A stretch of DNA of 64,000 nucleotides, taken from the NCBI GenBank assembly GCA_016187035.1, contig JACPKL010000010.1, positions 26,014 to 90,013 of the forward strand. Reading direction: 5' to 3'. The position numbers and the translations under genes were made by a program. The stretch's first letter is position 1. Each line of letters opens with the position of its first letter. Of this stretch, positions 60,508 to 64,000 are shown in pieces. The notes beneath the pieces were generated by a model. The model had not been told where the DNA came from. It did no database searches and saw nothing but the letters and a program-made list of their open reading frames with translations. The DNA is from Candidatus Daviesbacteria bacterium. Its GTDB lineage: Bacteria > Patescibacteriota > Microgenomatia > Daviesbacterales > UBA10151.

Positions 60508-60664
60508 GAGTAGATGGCCTATTTACTCCCTTTTTTAAAGGGTAATTGGACAGTTTAGATTCCGTCTTGTATAGGGTCAACAAAAAGAAAGCATACGTAC
60601 TCGTACGCCTTTAAGTTTTTTATTTGACTATTGGCAGTTTATCACAACAATCTCTATCCGTCAA
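60508..60664 (-). promoter_or_regulatory. rpoB promoter and structured leader
   Basis: TTGACG-17bp-TAAACT (60664-60636); hairpin plus U-tract at 60582-60612; SD-sequestering hairpin at 60508-60528. Confidence 0.55.
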
Positions 60665-60735
60665 TAGGCCTATAATTATGTCAACGAATAGCGTACTTAT
60701 TGATTTCTAATGGGTAGGTCTCTAAAATAAAGCTA

Positions 60736-62073
60736 ATGGCAGAATCCCAATCTTCCCCTGAACAATCAACCACAGTTATGCAACATACTTCCTCATCTAA
60801 TGATCGTCAAGAGATACGAGAGTTTTCTAAATTAACTCCAGAAGGCAGACAGACAAGAAGTGAAACAGCATTAGCAGTTTTATCAGCAAGAAGAGATACT
60901 CGTGCTGCGGACGCTAGAATTGCTGAACTTAAATCAATCATTAATAGCATCTCAGCAGATTCTGAACAAAGGAGGGAAAGGATAGCGAGTCTGCAAGCTG
61001 AATTAGATACAGAAAGAGAGGATTTAGCACAAACAGAAGCTTCATTGGTAAGTAAGATCTATCATTTGTTAGGACAAAAGTCTCAAGCAGTCGATGTTAG
61101 AGAACATCAAGTCAAAGTTACGGAAGGGTTCACTCAATATCACCATGAAGAAATCGCTAGAAACGATAAGCAGTTAAGAGAGTCTGGAGAAACTTTAAAG
61201 AGATTTCAAGAAAGAAAAGTTGGTTTAAGAAGTGCAAAGAGCCTTCTTGATGATTTTTATACAGAACAGGCAGGCAGATTTGAAGAATATCGGAAAGATC
61301 AAGAACGAAGGAAGATGATTTCTCAAATTACAGATATAGCAAATGTTGCAGATGAGTATGGGGTGTATTTTATACATGGAATTTTACCTGCATTCGCTGA
61401 GGATGTAATGGGTGGTGAAGCAATGTCGCAACGAAACCCTTTGCTTAAATGGAATGCAGGATGGCGCCAGCGTACTGCAATCGTTGTGGGATTGCAGCCT
61501 GATATATCAGTATCAGCCATAAAACCTGGAGATACACCTGTCAATATGTGGTCAAGAATGGGAGTTATTATAAATGGAGGGAATCTCGTTAACGCTCATC
61601 CTAGGGATGCATCTACCGTAGTGAAAGGAATTCAAGAACAGCAATCAGCCCACCATGACAAAACATTTTATGAAATGCAACCTGAGGAAGTAGGAGAAAA
61701 CATTCGAGCAGCTATCGAAGGTCGAGGACCAAAGGACTATAATGAATTTGTTGTTCGAGATCCAGAAATAGCTGGTTTTTATTTATGTCTAGATGCTGAC
61801 GATCCAGAAAGGATAGTATATAGAACACCTATTAATAAATATATCGAAGGAATTATTGGCTATCTAACAGAAAACAATATTCCTCTCTATATCGTTCATA
61901 ATGGAGCTGTATATGAAGGAGAACCTATTTTAGATAGTTCAGGGAAAATCATTATTCAACGCGTGGGTGAACCACTTAGTCCTTCAGACATAATCAGGAG
62001 AAAGATTACAATTGATTATTCCCATCAAGAGACAATGAAGCAAGAAGGACTAGCCTCTTTAAATCTTTCTTAA
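60736..62073 (+). CDS. hypothetical protein: coiled coil plus putative ADP-ribosyltransferase-like domain
   Basis: Long charged helical N-half; C-half motifs FIHG, DISVS, RMGVI, YNEFVV. Confidence 0.5.
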   Translation: MAESQSSPEQSTTVMQHTSSSNDRQEIREFSKLTPEGRQTRSETALAVLSARRDTRAADARIAELKSIINSISADSEQRRERIASLQAELDTEREDLAQTEASLVSKIYHLLGQKSQAVDVREHQVKVTEGFTQYHHEEIARNDKQLRESGETLKRFQERKVGLRSAKSLLDDFYTEQAGRFEEYRKDQERRKMISQITDIANVADEYGVYFIHGILPAFAEDVMGGEAMSQRNPLLKWNAGWRQRTAIVVGLQPDISVSAIKPGDTPVNMWSRMGVIINGGNLVNAHPRDASTVVKGIQEQQSAHHDKTFYEMQPEEVGENIRAAIEGRGPKDYNEFVVRDPEIAGFYLCLDADDPERIVYRTPINKYIEGIIGYLTENNIPLYIVHNGAVYEGEPILDSSGKIIIQRVGEPLSPSDIIRRKITIDYSHQETMKQEGLASLNLS

Positions 62074-62075
62074 CG

Positions 62076-62098
62076 TACCCGCTCGCGGGTATGGTTTT
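62076..62098 (+). terminator. putative terminator hairpin
   Basis: gtacccgc-tc-gcgggtat followed by ggtttt directly after the stop. Confidence 0.45.
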
Positions 62099-62166
62099 GG
62101 CTGATTTTGAGGCTAAATTTATTAAAAGTCTGCTTCTTTATTCCTCTAAATACATATAAGAGGAGT

Positions 62167-62538
62167 TTATAGGCAAGTATCGCCAAAATATTTTCTTGCT
62201 ATTTGTTTATCTTTTTTTATTTGCGTTATCAGCTTATCAACACTGTGGAATTTTTTATTTTCCCTGATCTTTTTTAAAAGTTTTACCGTAATCCACTGAT
62301 TGTAAATATTTTTATCAAAGTCCAAAATATAAGTTTCAGCCTGGTATTTTTTTTCATTAAAAGTTTCAGCTTTACCTATAAAAGTTAGGGCAGGATAAAT
62401 AGATCTACTTAGTTTGATTTGAGAGATGTATATCCCTTCAGGAATATTTTTAGTTAAATTAATATTAGCTGTAGGAAAACCCAACTTTTTCCCTCTTTGT
62501 TGATGTTTTCGGACTTTCCCCCAAAATTTATACCTCAT
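62167..62538 (-). CDS. stand-alone riboflavin kinase (RibF C-terminal domain only)
   Basis: GKKLGFPTAN, ETYILDF, IRENKKF...QIKKD. Confidence 0.9.
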   Translation of the reverse strand: MRYKFWGKVRKHQQRGKKLGFPTANINLTKNIPEGIYISQIKLSRSIYPALTFIGKAETFNEKKYQAETYILDFDKNIYNQWITVKLLKKIRENKKFHSVDKLITQIKKDKQIARKYFGDTCL

Positions 62539-63494
62539 TATGGATTGCTTGCTACGTTTTGGTTATGCTCTTCTAATGTTTTTGCATAATATGAGTTACC
62601 TTTGGGATCATGGTAATAGTATAAATAAGGAGTATTAGAATCAGCATTAGCTACAGCTTTTAGGCTAGAGAGGGATGGGTTACAAATAGGTCCAGGCGGT
62701 AAACCTCTATATAAATAAGTATTGTAAGGAGAGGGTATTTTTAAATCATCTTGAGTTAAATTTCTTTTCCACCAGCTTTTTTCCTTTTCCTGATACCCTA
62801 AAGCATATTGGATTGTTGCATCAGCATTTAAACCCATGCCTATTTTTAATCTTTTAAGCAAAATGCTGGCTACTTCTGTCCTGACTTTATCTGAACGGGC
62901 TTCTCTTTCCACAATAGAAGCTAAAATGACTCCCTGCTGTTCAGTTAACCCTAAAGACTTAATTTTTGATTTTAGATCATCAGAGTATTTTTCATCAAAG
63001 GTACTTTTGAGCCTTATAGCTATCTGGTCTTCTGCTACATCAATGGGGAATAAATATGTATCCGGAAACATATACCCTTCTTTTGCCGCCGCTATAAATT
63101 TTGACTTTTGACTTTTGAATTTTGAACTTAATACATCTGCCATTTCTTCTACCCTCCATCCTTCTAAAAGAGTCACCCAAACGTCTAGAGGTTTCTCAGT
63201 TAAGGTTTTAAGTGTCTGTTGAGCAGAAAAAGAAGAAGAGAGTCTAAAAGTGCCAGCTTGAACCTGATTTGCTAATCCTGATTGCTTACCATAAAGAGTA
63301 AAAGCCCAAGATGATTTTATTAAACCCATTTTTTTAAGGTTTTCTACAACTTTAGAAAAATCCTCTCCCTTATCGACTACAAATATCCTGGCGGATTTAT
63401 CAGAAGAAGGTGAGGAAAGCTGAGAAGACCAAAAGAGTTTAATTATAAAGATTATAATGGTTATAATTATTATAAATTTTATACTTTTTTTCAT
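62538..63494 (-). CDS. mltG: endolytic transglycosylase MltG
   Basis: EGYMFPDTY, LASIVERE, SPYNTY, GLPPGPICNP; start placed at MKKSIK. Confidence 0.94.
   Translation of the reverse strand: MKKSIKFIIIITIIIFIIKLFWSSQLSSPSSDKSARIFVVDKGEDFSKVVENLKKMGLIKSSWAFTLYGKQSGLANQVQAGTFRLSSSFSAQQTLKTLTEKPLDVWVTLLEGWRVEEMADVLSSKFKSQKSKFIAAAKEGYMFPDTYLFPIDVAEDQIAIRLKSTFDEKYSDDLKSKIKSLGLTEQQGVILASIVEREARSDKVRTEVASILLKRLKIGMGLNADATIQYALGYQEKEKSWWKRNLTQDDLKIPSPYNTYLYRGLPPGPICNPSLSSLKAVANADSNTPYLYYYHDPKGNSYYAKTLEEHNQNVASNP
63098..63127. repeat. heptamer tandem repeat (nttttga)x4 in frame in mltG
   Basis: attttga cttttga cttttga attttga; encodes SKFKSQKSKF. Confidence 0.7.
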
Positions 63495-63868
63495 CTTGAA
63501 TCTAACCAATCTTGAAGAATTATAGCAGCTGCAGTAGCATCATTTTTACGCCGTTTTTCTTTAGAAATGTTTGACTCAATCATTTGCATAGTTGCCTTCT
63601 GAGAAGATAATGTCTCATCGAAAGTTAATACATCTAACCCCAGTTTTTGTAAGGCTTTCACAAAACCTAATACCGCCTGGCTCATCTTCCCTTCTGGTAA
63701 ACCAACAATTATTTGATCAAACTTCTCCTGCCGTACTAATTCTCCAATTTGCATTACAGCATCTTTGAAAGATCTAACTTCAATTATTTTAAAAGGAGAA
63801 GTAAAACTACCCTCAGAAGTTGCCAAACCAACTCTTTTTAATCCAAAATCAACTCCTAAATACCTCAT
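63491..63868 (-). CDS. ruvX: YqgF/RuvX pre-16S rRNA nuclease
   Basis: LGVDFGLKRVGLA, VGLP, DETLSS, DATAAAIILQ. Confidence 0.93.
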   Translation of the reverse strand: MRYLGVDFGLKRVGLATSEGSFTSPFKIIEVRSFKDAVMQIGELVRQEKFDQIIVGLPEGKMSQAVLGFVKALQKLGLDVLTFDETLSSQKATMQMIESNISKEKRRKNDATAAAIILQDWLDSR

Positions 63869-63871
63869 GTA

Positions 63872-64000
63872 TCAAATCATTTTACCCAAAACTACTAACC
63901 TTTTATAGTTTAAACCTGGAGGTACACAAGTCATTAATGAAATATATCGACCTTGTGGATCAGAAGGAGCTATTACAGATAGATCGCTGGGGTCTACCAC
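63872..64000 (-). CDS. sortase, C-terminal fragment (runs off window end)
   Basis: VVDPSDLSVI...ISLMTCVPPGLNYKRLVV: TLxTC plus catalytic Arg. Confidence 0.85.
   Translation of the reverse strand: MVDPSDLSVIAPSDPQGRYISLMTCVPPGLNYKRLVVLGKMI

Noticed and set aside
1855..63111. Numerous short antisense or nested ORFs in the track (e.g. 1855, 7062, 25696, 44140, 46717, 59687, 62836)
   Set aside because: Shadows of well-supported genes on the other strand or frame, with no recognisable motifs.
1..64000. Alternative genetic code, rRNA, tmRNA, prophage, integrase or transposase
   Set aside because: TGA terminates conserved genes (aroC, rpsG, rplB) at the expected positions, and no such RNA or mobile-element gene signatures were seen.

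Overview
Low-GC bacterial genome segment using the standard genetic code (TGA = stop), most consistent with a Candidate Phyla Radiation (Patescibacteria, probably Microgenomates) organism. This assignment is an inference from the absence of rpmD/L30 in the spc operon, a minimal RNase P RNA, an N-terminally short L2 and a cluster of GT-C glycosyltransferases. Contents: the end of an aromatic amino-acid operon (aroC, chorismate mutase, TyrA-PheA fusion), recJ, a CCA-adding enzyme, secD/secF, comM, rnpB, miaA, six GT-C membrane glycosyltransferases around HU, recA-recX-rny, tRNA-Pro(GGG), metK with a SAM-I/IV riboswitch, a phosphomannomutase, the rpoBC/str/S10/spc/alpha superoperon, an orphan 445-aa gene, a riboflavin kinase, mltG, ruvX and the end of a sortase. 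Most notable observations: (1) a 24-nt palindromic element has inserted into its own loop in Russian-doll fashion, in frame, inside EF-G and L3; single copies sit in the SAM riboswitch and the rplC leader, among several other mini-hairpin and heptamer repeat families in core genes. (2) A TrpR-like gene in the str operon is bracketed by 28-bp direct repeats with dif-like 11-6-11 symmetry; a third copy 24 kb away equals the predicted empty-site chimera. (3) A stand-alone GreA coiled-coil gene abuts fusA behind a terminator-like leader. (4) An orphan protein carries ADP-ribosyltransferase-like motifs. All family assignments come from motif recognition by eye; no searches were run.
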